DNA of 64,000 nucleotides. It comes from Octopus sinensis. Its lineage: Eukaryota. The notes under the pieces were generated by a model. The model was not told the DNA's origin, did no database searches, and saw nothing but the letters and a program-made list of their open reading frames with translations. The stretch spans positions 27,032,001 to 27,096,000 of the forward strand of contig NC_043008.1 of NCBI RefSeq assembly GCF_006345805.1, read 5' to 3'. The translations under genes were made by a program, and so were the position numbers. Below, piece by piece: positions 50,041 to 63,850 of the stretch (position 1 is its first letter; each line of letters starts with the position of its first letter).

Positions 50041-50312
50041 CAGCTCGACTATCGGATATTGTTACACAATGCTGGTTACAATGCGCTTCCTGACATGGTT
50101 GTAGCTTTCGAATGTTGCCGCTCTATTGTCCAACAATCCCCTGAATGACAAGCCACTCCATCGCAAGGTTACCCATCTACTGTTGAGTGGACATGAGCAA
50201 CATGAAATATAGTGTTTTGCTCAAGAACGCAACGCATCGACAGTTGGGAATAAAAAATAAGACCTTATGACCATGAGTGGAACATGCTACCCACTAGGCC
50301 ACGTGCCCTCAC
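50040..50312 (-). mobile_element. tRNA-derived SINE related to family C
   Basis: Minus head GGCACGTGGCCTAGTGGGTAG and core GCGTTCTTGAGCAAAACACTATATTTCATGTTGCTC. Confidence 0.7.
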
Positions 50313-50329
50313 ACACATTACGAAGAGAC

Positions 50330-52105
50330 CACTGTTGGCGATTGAGAAAAGAGAGAGCAGATAAAGAAGCCTGGGTTATAGCAAATATCAAGTCGAACCC
50401 TAAAGCTTTTTTTAACTTTGGCTAATAAACAGGCTCGGTATGCCACAAGACAGGGCTCATTTTCCAAAAAGATAGCTCCCTCACGAGTAAGCAAATGACG
50501 ATAAGTGAAATACTGAACGAACAGTTTCGCAGTATGTTCACTACTCTTCTGTGACTCAGGCAAGTGAATAAACCAGCAGAATTCTTTACCAATAAACCAG
50601 CAGAATTCTTTACTATAGCTAAAGAGGTGAAAATTGATTACGTCAACATCAAAAAAGATGTAGCACTGGCCAGAGATGATGTTGACACAAACTCAGCTGC
50701 TGGGCCTGACGGATTCCCAACAATTCTCAAATTCTGCAAACGAGCTCTTCCAAAACAACTGCAACTTCTTCCTCAGAGCTTTCTTATATGTGGTAAGCTC
50801 CCAGACAAACCGAAGGAAAGAATAATATGCCCTATCCATAAAGGAGGAAGATGGGGAGATGCTAAAAATTAAAGGCCTACCTCTCTTACCTCACAAATCA
50901 GCAAAGTCAAGGAACGAATAGTCTGCAAGAATCTAATCACGTTCCTTGGAGAAAATAATTTGCTGGCTGACACCCAGCATGGATTTCGACCACGTCGAAG
51001 CTGCCTCACACGGCTCTTACAAAATTGTGGCTGTGTGTTAAAACAGCTGCTAAACAATTTAAGTGTAGATGTGACATATCGTGACTTTGAAAAAGCCTTT
51101 GATAAAGTCGACCGTGGTATGATATGTCACAAAATGTATGATGTCGGCATCGCCGGAAAACTTGACGGGTGGCTACAAGACTTTGTAAAAGAAAGACGTC
51201 AGGCAGTGGAGTCACTACAAAGGAAACACAAATAGTAAGTGTTGTTCCACAGGACACTGTCTTGGGGTCACTGCTTTTGTAGTGGCCCTCTAAGAATGCC
51301 CTCAGCTGCTCAGATTGCCACACTCGCTAGCTATGTAGATGACACAAAAGTCTCTCAGGCAATACAAAATCTGGAAATATTGCGCATCTGCAACGAAATA
51401 TGCAGGTGGGCTGAGTACAATAACATGCAGTTTAATTCAGGAAAATTCCAAGCCCTGCGCCACCAACACACAAAGCGCAATGACATGCAGACAGGATTCC
51501 CTGACCCGGGAGGAAACGTAATCCCTGAATCAAAATCAGTGCGTGATCTGGGCATTATCATAAGTAGTGATGCACCTTTCCAGGGGCATATTACTAATTT
51601 GATAATAAAATGCAGACGGCTGGGTGGATGGCTCTTCCGAAGTTTCAAAACGAGAGAATAGGAAACTATGATGTTCCTTTGGAGAGCATACGTCCTCAGT
51701 CACTTGGACTTCTACTCCCAACTATGGTCACCACAAAGTATGAAAGAAACGGTGAAACTCGAAGTAATCCAAAGAAGCTACACAAAGAAAATCGTCTGAA
51801 TGAAACCTATCAGCTACTGAGAAAGGTTGAAAGAGATGAAACTCGCCTCCCAAGAACGAAAGCGGTAAAGATATGCAGTGGTATACATCTGGAAAATCCT
51901 GGAAGGCCTGGTACCAAAGTTTAGCACTGAAAGTTACACAAACTGCAGGACCAGGTACAACAACTTGTGTTTCAAGGGCCCACAGCTCTTCAATATCTGT
52001 CCAAAATATCTGAGAGATCAGCATGGTATGGATGTAGGTGTCTTTAAAACAAAACTTTATCTCCTCCTGTCAAGGGTTCCAGACGAGTCTGCCTCACGGC
52101 AGTAA
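50330..52105 (+). mobile_element. 5-prime-truncated CR1-like LINE (RT to 3-prime end)
   Basis: AAGPDGFP, ICPIHKGG, RPTSLTSQISKV, QHGFRPRRSCLT, DFEKAFDKVD, YVDDTKV, VRDLGII, YIWKILEGLVP, FKGPQLFN. Confidence 0.92.
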
Positions 52106-52192
52106 CATCATGAATCCTCATACATCAAATGCGACATATCGTATGTATATGTGTGTGTATCTGCGTGCGTGTGTGTATATATATATATATAA

Positions 52193-52852
52193 ACAGGGTG
52201 TTCCAGAAGTCTTGGGCACATTTTCCCGTTGAATATCTCGAAAACTATTAAGGAAATAAAAACGAATCAGATATATTCTGAAAGCCTGCAACTTCAAGTT
52301 TTTATATGGAATGTTCAAAGATGTTCAATGGGAACACCGTTGGTCACACGGAACACATGACGATAGTCCAATTCTTGCCAAACGTGTTCCAGCATTGCGT
52401 TGTCGATGGTTGCAACAAATTTCGTTATTCGGGCCTTCAGTTCATCAACGTCTTTTGGGATGGGAGGCACATAGACCAGTCCTTTCACAAACGCCCACAA
52501 AAAGAAATCGCAGGGTGTGAGATCTGGAGATCTGGGAGGCCAGGGCATGAGAACGCGATCATCTCGCCCAGACCGTCCAATCCATCTATCTGGCAGTGTT
52601 GTGTTCAGAGATTGTGTAACACACAGGCTCCAGTGCGGTGCTGCCACATCCTGTTGGAAAATGAAGTCCTTATTGGCTCTTCTGATTGAGTGAACGCCAT
52701 TACTGGATTTGAAAAAATATGAAAACATCATTAGTATTACAAAAAACTTAATGAATTTAGTTTCAAAATGGTACCAGTTTCACCTTACTCCCAATCATAG
52801 TTCAGCAGATATGAGGACTTGAAAAGTGCCCAAGACTTCTGGAACACCCTGT
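52193..52852 (-). mobile_element. Internally deleted rosa-like (DD41D-type) transposon with perfect 26-bp TIRs
   Basis: CAGGGTGTTCCAGAAGTCTTGGGCAC at 52194-52219 and its reverse complement at 52826-52851; FQQDVAAPHW..WPPRSPDLTPCDFFLW. Confidence 0.92.
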
Positions 52853-53047
52853 GTATCTGTATATATGTAATGGACGCAGGTTCGTGTGTCATATAGCTAG
52901 CTAGAGGCGATGGCCTCTTGGAGCTAATCAGCGACAGCTTTAGTCTTATATTTATAGACTGCCACATTAGTATGGCGATAACTATTAATATCCAGTAACA
53001 CTGCCGTAATCTCCTTTAGAGAGACTTAGTAATTTTAATATTTCTAT

Positions 53048-53080
<33 letters not shown>

Positions 53081-53185
53081 ATACAAAATTCAAATAAGCT
53101 ATTATCTTTAAAAAACATAATGATAAAGTGCCCTGCAGACATAATCCAAATAGGCAAAATATATATTTAAAGGGTACAATATGCA

Positions 53186-53740
53186 CTGTTTGCTATACAG
53201 ATGAGTTAGAACTCCCAAAAACCCACACATCTCTCATTATATGTAAACAGGTGCGGAGAATGTAGCAAATATACTAAAAAAAACAGTCGTCACCATTTAT
53301 AAAAATTGTAAAAGGAGAGGAGATATCCCAGTATCAATTGGTTTCGTGCCGAATGATACTTAAAGCTCATCAGCTAGGCTTAATACGTAAGCTATTTAAA
53401 AAAAATATATTTACCATTCCGTGCGCGTCTGTTCAGCTAAAGGTCTCGCGACTTCCAAACGAACATTAGGGAGAAAGTATAACTTCAAAATTCAAATCAA
53501 AACCTCAAAAAAAAAAAAAAAGAAAAAAAGGTGACCAGCAAGCATACCTGTTTGCTATAAAGAAGACTTAAAACTCCCCAAACCACGCATCTCTCACTAT
53601 ATGAAAACTTTCACGGAGAATGTAGCAAATATAGATGTGTTTAGTATATTTACTACATTCTCCGAGCGTGGTTTACATATAGTGAGAGATGTGTGACTTT
53701 TCAGACTTTTCAGAGTTTTAACTTGTTTTTATAGCAAACA
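53186..53740. repeat. ~95-bp unit present twice direct and once inverted (fold-back/MITE-like)
   Basis: Units 53186-53280 (+), 53548-53633 (+), 53641-53740 (-). Confidence 0.75.
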
Positions 53741-53817
53741 CACACATATATATATATGTATGTATATATATACACACACATATATATATATATGCATATA
53801 TATACATGTATATATAT

Positions 53818-55985
53818 CATCATCATCATCATCATCATCATCATCGTTTAACGCCCGTTTTCCATGCTAGCATGGGTTGGACGGTTCGACCGGGGTCTGG
53901 GAAGCCAGGAGGCTGCACCATGAGTGTAGTGGGTGCTTTTTACGTGCCACAGGCACAGGTGCCAGGGGAGGGTGGCAACGGTCACGATCGGTTGGTGCTT
54001 TTTATGAGCCACCGTCACGGAAGCCAGTCAAGGCGGCGCTGGCATCGGTCACGTTCGGATGGTGCTTTTTACGTGCCACCGGCTGAGGTATCACAACTAC
54101 AATTTCCATTTGATTTTTATTTTGATGTTGATGTACTTGACTCAATAGGTCTCCTCAAGCACAGCAGGTCACCCTGCGATCCAAGGTAAGTACAGTAAGC
54201 CGTCCTGCGATCAAAGATACTTTGGATGTGCTGGGGCAGCTATGTGCAGGAAACAGCCATGAACTCACGTTATTTGCTGGTGCAGGAAACAGCCATGAAC
54301 TTATGTTATTTGTCGGGTCTTCGCAGTCACAGTATATCTCCAGAGATCTCAGTCTATCGTCATTCCCTCTGTGAGGCCCAACGTTCGATGGTCATGGTTG
54401 ACCACCTCATCCCATGTCTTCCTGGGTCTACCTCCACCCCGGATTCCTTCAACTGTTTGGGAGTGATACTTCTTCACACATCTCTCCTCATCCATCCGAA
54501 GTACATGACCATACCAGCACAAACGTCTCTCTTGCACGCCACATCCGATGCTTCTTATGTCCAGCATTTCTCTCATGGCGCTTACACTCTGTTGTATGTG
54601 CACACTGACATTACACATCCAGCGGATCATGCTAGCTTCATTTCTTTCAAGCCTATGCAGTCACATCCCACGTTTCACTACTGTGTAGCATGGCAATTCG
54701 CACACATGCGTCGTACAATCTACCTTTCACTCTGAGCGAGAGACCCTTTATCACCAGAAGGGGTAGAAGCTTTCTAAACTTTCCAGGCTATTCGTATTCT
54801 AGTGCTGACACTCTCTGAGCATCCACCTCCACTACTAACATGGTCACCTAGGTAGCGGAAACTATCAACTACTTCTAGTTTCTCCCCCTGGAGTGTGAGG
54901 GAATCTGTTTTCTGGGTATCTGTGGTGTCTATTGCCCCTGTGCATCTGCCGCACACGAAAGCTATCTTCTCGGTTAATTTTCCTTTGATGTTGCTGCACC
55001 ACGTATGCGTCCATAGCCTACACTGGGTACATCTTATGGAGTTTCTACCTACACCTTTTCTACAGATCGAGTAGGGCCACCTACCTGAGGGTGTGTGTGA
55101 TGAGTTCGCCTTCCTACTTACTATAACTTTGGTCTTTGCTACATTGATTCTAACCCTAGCTTCCACACTCGAAATTTCTTTTCTAGTTCCGGTAGTGATT
55201 CTGCTATGAGGGTCAGGTCATCGGCATAGAGGACCTCCCAGGGGCAACCCGTCTTGAATTCCTCTGTTATTGCCTGGAGGACTATGATGAATAAAAGGGA
55301 CTTCACTATACTCCGTGCCAATCCTAACCTTACTAACGGCCTCTCTGTATAGGACCTGTACAGCCCTTTTTAACCATTCCTCAATCTACAGTTTCCGCAT
55401 CGCCAACCAGATAAGGGATCGGGGGACCCTGTCAAAGGCTTTCTTCAAGTCCACGAAAGCTAAGTAGAGAGGTTTATGTTTAGCAGTTGTCGAAACAGGA
55501 ATATGGTATCAGTGGTGCTTCTAACCGGAACAAAACCAAACTGCATCTCATCTAAGCCGACTCTCTCCCTAATGAGATGGTCTATGACCCTCTCTGTGAC
55601 CTTCATCACCTGATCCAGCAGTTTGATATCCCTGTAGTTATTTCTATCTAGAGCATCACCTTTACCCTTGTAGCAGTTGTCTATGGTGCCGCTACGCCAT
55701 AGTCATTGTGTATGACTCCATTATGAACTACCTGGTTTACAATGCGGGGACTAAGCCATAGCCCACACCACTGGATGTTTTAAGCATCTCAGCAGTGATT
55801 CCTGATGGGCCGGGGGCTTTCCTGGATTCATACCCTTAATTGATTTATCTGCTAGCGAGCTGTCTATTGGGATAGCTGGTCCCTCTACTGGGTAAACTTT
55901 TTGCAGGCTCTCCTCCTCCCATTCATTCTCCACATACAGCAGTTTTTCATAACGGCTTCTCCAAGCCTGATGGGCATTTAATGAT
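53818..55985 (-). mobile_element. RTE-clade LINE, 5-prime truncated, with 3-prime UTR and (ATG)n tail
   Basis: EVLYADDL, INVAKTKV, PHD-like Cys cluster, FRYLGD, MIRWMCNV, WYGHVLRM, GRPRKTW; (CAT)n on plus at 53818-53847. Confidence 0.93.
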
Positions 55986-56143
55986 TGCCACATATTATAT
56001 GTATATATGTGTGTGTGTGCGTGCGTGTGTGTGTGAGTGTGTGTTCATTCATGAGAAGCAATAAATCATAGGATTTAATACGATTCATGTATAAAATATT
56101 CTTTAATACATATATGTGAAATATATATGTATGCGTTTCTCTT

Positions 56144-56183
<40 letters not shown>

Positions 56184-56670
56184 TATACAGATACATAATG
56201 CCTGTAAGTGCATGATGGGGGATCTGCTTGAAAGTTTTCTTCTTAAACATTAGGTTTCATTCTGAGTTCCTTGCAAAGCATTTTTGGTTAGTCATTTCCT
56301 ATCGCACCATGTTGACCCATTTTCCAGAGAATATAGAAAGATATATAGGATGTAGAAGGTCATTTTTGAATTGGAATCCAAAGATACACCTTTATCAAAA
56401 TATGTATCACTGATTTTGCTTGCAAATTACATTAATATCATATGCCTGCTATGGAGTACTCAGTCACATAGAAGCTAATTGAATGATTTATAGAACAACT
56501 GAACAATCATGGTCAGAAATCTCTCTAGGTATCTTCACAAACACACACAAACACACGCATCACAGACACAGATAGACAAATAGACACACACATACACACA
56601 TCATAAACACGGAGAGACATAAACACACACGTATCACACACATCAAACACACAGAAAGACAGACAGGCAC

Positions 56671-56701
<31 letters not shown>

Positions 56702-57012
56702 AACACACACACAAACACACACACTTATAAGTGCAAAACAATGTTCTAAAGGCAGAAGTGAGATCAGTAAAATCTGCAAACAGAAGCTATTTAGATGCAA
56801 CACAGAAACTTAGGAACACTGCAACTTTCCTTTCAAAGGCTATGAAGAATAGCATGCATGCTATGCTCTTCTGGCTATGTTACAGACATGAATTATGTTT
56901 CAGTTTGTATTGCATCAATGAAGAGGTCATTGAATTTTAATTCTTAATGAATCAGTGCAGCTTGCTGTAAATAGATAACATGATTAGTATAGCTTATCAA
57001 TAACAATTGCTT

Positions 57013-57210
57013 TTAAGGTGGTGAGCTGGCAGAATTGCTAGCTAAAATGCTTAGTGGTATTTCATTAGTCTTTACATTCTGAGTTAAAAATCTGCTGAGG
57101 TTGACTTTGCATTTCATTCTTTCAGGGTTGATAAGTACCAGTTGAGTACTGGGGTTGATGTAATCAACATTTCCCTTCCCCTGAAATTGCTGTCCTTGTG
57201 CCAAATTTGA
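57013..57210 (+). mobile_element. SINE family B copy with CpGs converted to TpG/CpA
   Basis: AGGTGGTGAGCTGGCAGAATTG..ATCTGCTGAGGTTGAC..CAGGGTTGAT versus the CpG-intact copy at 20455-20712. Confidence 0.85.
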
Positions 57211-58844
57211 AGCCCCTAAGTATCGCTATTATAGTTATTTTGATCTCCTCTCAATAGTATATGCTGAATATCTAGGACCTCATTACAGAAGGTTTCTCTC
57301 CCTTTCCAGGATGGCAGAATGGAATTTGAACTAGATATTTGCTTGTAAATTGTAGCAGGCTGGGGTGTGATAGTCTCTATAATGTTGACTTTAATGGGTT
57401 GTTTCTTTTTTTACATCTATAACACTTTGTTTGAATATTCTCATATATTTTGGTCACACAAAATCATGGATTATATTGAAACTTCCATTTAGTTGTTACT
57501 TGCTGGAATATATTCAACTGAAAGTAGAGACATTGGGATTAACTATGCTAATAAAATTATAACCCTATAGGTAGAGTATATAATTATTTGCATAAATTGC
57601 AATAGATGCCGTGTTTTTATTTTTTCCTTTGAGTGATATAGAATACAAATCCACTCCTTATTTCTCAATATAAAATGTAGGGGCAACGGAGACAAATTTC
57701 TGTACAGCAAGTCCGTCTCCATTGAGTTATCACATGAGAAAAGCAATTCCAGCCATAATCCTCTTGTTTTTCTGATAATAATAATTATTTAGTAATGTAC
57801 CATTCCTTTTATAAGAGGCTATAGTGTAATTTGAGTGAGACATATGTACTAAATTTAGCAACAAGAGCAGCCATGTAGAAAATATTTCCTTGATTCCTTC
57901 ATTATTTTGTCTGACCCATTATCATTTTTGCCACTTTAGCACTGTGAACAAAGTTACTATAATAACAGTCCTTTATCTTTAAACTGCAATACTAAATTGG
58001 CTGAAGTGAAATCACACATTGCATTTGTTTTGGTTACTCTTTCAGCTTATATTTTTTTCTCCCCATTAGTATCTGTGTGGATGCCTGTATCTGTTTGTTT
58101 GTTGCCTTGCTTGTCTTCTATCTTTACCTTCTTTAAAAACATGCTATAATGTAAAAGCCAAGTGAACCATCATTTGAAATGGAGAGTTGAAATTAGTTGA
58201 AAATGCATGTAATTTATTAAAGAACATATGTTCTATTTCCTTTCTTGTTGTGGTATTTGTAAAAATGAGTAAGTAAATCAAATGTTCTTATAACAAATTC
58301 GAGGAAGAAAATCAAAGAAGGAAGGTATGCAAACACAGATGAGTGAATTGAAAAAATGTTCACAGCTCAACCTACAATGGCAGATGTGAATGCAGGAAAT
58401 GTAACATCAGAAGACAGTAGGAAAACAAAACAGTTTAAGTAGCATTTGCACACAGTGATATTATATGCATAGTTATTTAAACAGGAAATATAATTTCCCT
58501 TTTTTCCTCATTATTCTGTTTCACTGGAAAGATAAAGTGAAAAACAAAAATGCACTGTAAATGCTTCTAAATAAAAGAAAACATTGTTAAAAAGAAAAGG
58601 AAGAGAAAAGAGAGAGAAGTAGAAGTGAAAGAAATGAAATGCAAAGCAAGTGGAGTAGAGACATAAAGCAAGAGAGAGAGAGTGAAAGGGAAAGAGACAG
58701 AAAGATAGAATGAGGAAGAAAGATAGAAAAGGAACTTAATTCAGTTGAGTGAGGGGAAGTTCTTACATAGAGTTAGAGAAAATAATATATATATATATTT
58801 ATTTCACTCTTGTATCACAAAATATTTATGATTGAAGACAAAAA

Positions 58845-58887
<43 letters not shown>

Positions 58888-61466
58888 ATATGTAAATAGA
58901 TAAAAAAGAAGGAAAAATGCTTGAGAGTGATAAAAGGAGGGTTTGAATAAAACATCAGCATAAAGAGAAATATAGACTGGTGAGGAAAAAAAAGAAATGT
59001 ATCACAGTTGGGTGGGGAAGTAATTTTATTAAAAAACCTAAAGGAAATTAATTTAAGTTGATTAACATTGTAACCGAGGAAATGAATTTACCAATATTTT
59101 TCATTAATGGATGTTAGAACAGATGTTTATTGTTGCAAAACAACAATAAATGAAACAAGACAAATAATAATAGGAAAAATAATGGAAAAAGGAAATTATA
59201 AACATTTGTTTCAATATAGTAATTTTTAAACTTTATTTCTAATATTATTATTTTTTGTGTATGGAGTGTGTATTTTTAAATTTGTTTTGTTGTAAAAGAA
59301 AAACAAAATATAAATGTAAATGGAAAAGAAACTAGAATATCACAAAATTCTAAATAGTAAAAAAGAATTTCTGAATAATTATAACAACAGAAAAGAAAAA
59401 GAAATATTAAAAGAAATAAAGCAACAAATATGATAACAAAAGAAGCAAATTAAACCTCTTATTAATGGAATATACATGAAAACAGTAAAAAAAAAGAGAA
59501 ATGTCACTGAAGTGTAATTAAGATTATCAATGGGGTATGGTTAATGGGTGAAAACAGAGTTCATATGGTAGAGAATATGATGCCAAATTGACAATTACAA
59601 ATAATGAAAGAAAAATAAATATTAAAGTCAACTGTATAGGAAATGAAAGAAGGTGCCAATTTGAAGGGTGTGACGAGGATTCCATTTCATCTCTCCCATA
59701 TACACACACACACACACATAAATATATATATATATATGTGTGTGTGTATATGTATGTAGGGGAGAGAGAAAGGGAAAGAAAGAGAGAGTTATATATATGT
59801 GCATGTGTGTGTGTATATATATATATTCATAATATATGTGTGTATACACGTGTGTTATATCTGTATGTTATATGTATGTTTGTATGTATACACATACATG
59901 CGTACACACCCATACATTCATATATGTATATATGTATTTTTTATCCTCAATAAAATTTTACTTGTGAAGTTGTATTTTACTCTGTAGTTATTATATGATT
60001 AATCATTCCTATGAGGTGCAGCATTTTTTAGATAGAACCTTCTATTTTATCGCATTTTCATATACTATTTTTTCATACAGTGTTCATTGCGCTGGAACCT
60101 TATCAAATGAGTAATTGATACATTAGCTGTAAGGTGTCGATTGGAGCGATGGGGAAAAAAGGTGAGAAAGTAAGAAACAAGTTTACTCAGAGAAAGAAAA
60201 CTCGAGAGAGAGGAAGAAGAAAAGAGGTGAGAGATGGAGAGGGGAATGAGAGAGTGAAATGTAACTTCTTAAACGTTATCTTTTATTACTCTAATTTTCT
60301 ATCTCTAGGTACATACATATATCTACTGAATAAGTGTGTATACATGTATATACATTTATGTATATAAGTGTGTGTGTGTGTGTGCAAGCGTGTGTATAAA
60401 TATGTATATATTTATATGTATATATTTATGTGTATATATATATATATTTATGTATAAGTATATATATATATGCACATACATATATATATATATGCACATA
60501 CATATATATATATATTTATGTATATATATTTGTATACACATACATGCACATATCCATCTATCATCGTTGGTGTGTGAATACTTATTCGTGCGGTTATGTG
60601 AGTGTATATGTATAATAATATAATTTTGAATAAATTACACATATATAAATTGAAGGAAACATTAATAAGTTTAAATGATAAAAAAACTGTCTAAACTACA
60701 TTTAAGTCTTTCCTAATATTTAATCACGTAGAAAAAGATATTCAGATCAGGTGAATTAACTCTTTGTTTTTAATGCTTGCATCGTGACTACTTAGAATGA
60801 TATTTAGAAATATAAAGTAGATCCTTTTACTCATATTCAAATTTTGTGTGTCTGCATCTTGATAATATAGGTATCATATGTGCGTGTGGGTTTCATATGT
60901 TCGTGCATGTTTATATATCTATCTACACACACATTTACACATGCATACACACACACACACACACACACATATGCACTCGCGCGCGCACACACACAAATAT
61001 AGATCACTTACAAGAATCATTACAACTTATCGACATGTAGGAGGCCATGAGTGACTGAGAACTTAGCACCAATCTCACAATAAATTAAAGCAACTGTTCA
61101 TAGTCGTAAGTATGTATATATACACACGTGGATATATCACGAACGTGTCACCTAGGTAGGCAAGGGAGGCAGTGCCTACCTTGAATAAAATAGATAGATA
61201 GAGCAATATTTTTCTTTTATGGCAAAATATGCACCTAATTCAATAAAACTATGAAAGTTACTCTGATTAATATGCTTAAAATACAAAATATTTTTTGTAG
61301 ATTAGGTAGGCATAATTCGCCCCTGCCTTTCAATCTCAGTATTTAAGCTACTGTTACTACTGTTGTGTACACTCCTACACCACCGTCTTCTTTACGTCTT
61401 TATAAAGGCAGAAGTATATCTACCTTCAACTCAATCGTAAGCGTGTATTTCGCTCAGTGTGTGTGT

Positions 61467-61588
61467 GTGTGTAAATGCCCAAAAGGCTGTTGTGAGTTTT
61501 GAACCCCGCTTGTGGTTGTTCCTTCTCGAGCCAAGCCGGGTTCATAAGGGCCGGTTTCCCGGTTCCCTTGCCGTAAGGGTTACCCACC

Positions 61589-61622
<34 letters not shown>

Positions 61623-61867
61623 TGTATGTATGTATGTATGTTGTATGTATGTATGTATGTATGTATGTATGTATGTATGTATGTATGTATGTATGTATTT
61701 GTAAGTAGGTATAAGTATGTACAGACAGACATATACATAAATACATAGTAACAGATGCAAAATAAACCGTAGATCAAATTCGGATTAGTTATAGGTTTGG
61801 CGTATGTATAAACGAAGAACACAAGCGGGGTTCAAAACTCACAACAGCTATTTGGGCATTTACACAC
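61467..61867. repeat. Element bounded by 48-bp inverted repeats embedded in (GT)n/(CA)n
   Basis: 61467-61514 vs 61820-61867, two mismatches. Confidence 0.8.
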
Positions 61868-62109
61868 GCCCGCCCACCCCCACCCCCACACACACATACG
61901 CACATGGACACTAACACACACACACACACAAACACACACGCACACACACAAACTCTCACACACATACTCACAAACTCTCACACACACACTCACACATATG
62001 ATGAGTTCTCACTCGTGGCCGAGGAAGAAAATAACTGGCCATTGCCGATGCAAAATTCCTGCAATGCCCGTTCATGAGGATAATGCACTAACAGTCAGCT
62101 TTCGCCGGG

Positions 62110-62420
62110 TTTGAGTCCGCGGCTTACTTACTCATCGTGCCGTCCTCGTACAAATTCGGTCATCGGATGGTCACCTCGACGACGATTACAAAACCCAAAG
62201 TTTTCGACCCATTTAAGCTTATGTCCATATATACACCACCTCAAATCCCAGATTATTCTCTCTACCTTATCATGGTTCATAGTTTGTGGGGCTTCCTCGT
62301 AAAACAGTAATCCTCTTGTTTGTAATTTATATTGCATGGAATCTTCTTCTTTATAATACCTCGTTACTCAATAGGTTCTCAGAAGTAATCTTCTCGTTGT
62401 AGAACTTTTATACCTCATTT
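62110..62420 (+). mobile_element. Second Naiad-type PLE GIY-YIG C-terminal fragment
   Basis: THLSLCPYIHHLKSQIILSTLSWFIVCGASS*NSNPLVCNLYCME; parallels IHHLKNTNIPYTL of the 2-kb copy. Confidence 0.65.
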
Positions 62421-63224
62421 GCCCATTATGTAAATTCATTATGATTCCTCCTACTTGTGTTTAAGTTCTTTACTTATTAGCAATACAAGCAGCATTTTCT
62501 TTCTCCTTTCTTTCACTTTGTATCATTTTCTCCTTACCTAACATACCTTCCACACTTACTACCATCACCCCCAACCTTTTTTCTGCACTGCTTATCTCTT
62601 CCATTCTCTCTATCCTTAACTGATTTACTGTTTGCTTAGGAAGATTCCCTTGACCTCGAGTGACCTCCACCACCATCTGACTTTTACTCTCTCCTCTGTC
62701 ATACTCTTTCTATTTCTTCTGTTCTACTTCTCTTCATTCCCTCTATATCGTAGAAATCTCCCTACTTCTTTCTTCTTTTGTACCTCTGTCCTTTCCTTCC
62801 TATGCCTTAGATATCATCCTCCCTCTTCCTGCCTGTAATTCTTATTCTTTTCCCCTCTTCCTTCCTTCAAGCGTTAATATTTTTGGCACTACTATATGAA
62901 CCGCTTTTGCCACAACCTTCACTAGCTGAGCGGAATCGGACTTATTGTAATATCTCCGTGTGACTGTTTACTGGTTGCAGGCCCAAGAACTTTTGCACAT
63001 TCGATCTGCAGGTTATGATTATTACGATTATTACGTAACAGCGAGGTTATGAAACAGTTATCTACTTAAGAAATTGTGTAGTATTCTGTATTTTATGTAA
63101 ATATATATATACAAATGTAAATATATTCATACACACATACATACATATATACATACATACATACATACATGCATACATACATACATACATACATGCATAC
63201 ATGCATACGCGCGTGTGTGTTTAT

Positions 63225-63585
63225 GTCTGTGTCTTTGTTTGCCATCCACCACAGCTTGACAACCGGTGTTGGTTTGTTTACGTCCCAGTAACTTATCGGT
63301 TCGGCAAAAACGAGTAACATAGAATAAGTACCAGGCTTGACAAAGAAAATAAGTACGTGGGTAGATTTATTCAACAAAACATTTTCACAGTCTAATGAAT
63401 TAAACACGTAAAAAGTAAAAACTAAATAAATAAATATGTATAATCGCTGTGTGGTAAGTAGCTTGCTTACCAACCACATGGTTCCGGGTTCAGTCCCACT
63501 GCGTGGAACCTTGGCTAAGTGTCTTCTATTATAGACATGTGAGTGGATTTGGTAGACGGAAACTGAAAAAGCCGCCGTATATATG

Positions 63586-63625
<40 letters not shown>

Positions 63626-63850
63626 CGTGTGTGTATATGTTTGTGTGTCTGTGTTTGTCCCCCCAACATCGCTTGACAACCGATGATGGTGTGTTTACGT
63701 CCCCGTAACTTAGCGGTTCAGCAAAAGACACCGATAGAATAAGTACTTGGCTTACAAAGAATAAGTCCTGGGGTCGATTTGCTCAATCGACTAAAGGCGG
63801 TGTTCCAGCATGGCCACAGTCAAATGACTGAAACAAGTAATTGAGTAAAA
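63225..63850 (+). mobile_element. SINE family A tail (63225-63380) and near-full copy (63445-63850)
   Basis: Direct similarity to the other family A copies. Confidence 0.9.

Noticed and set aside
57620-57670. Small hairpin resembling a pre-miRNA
   Set aside because: Only about 10 bp of stem and no match to conserved bilaterian miRNA sequences I could recall.
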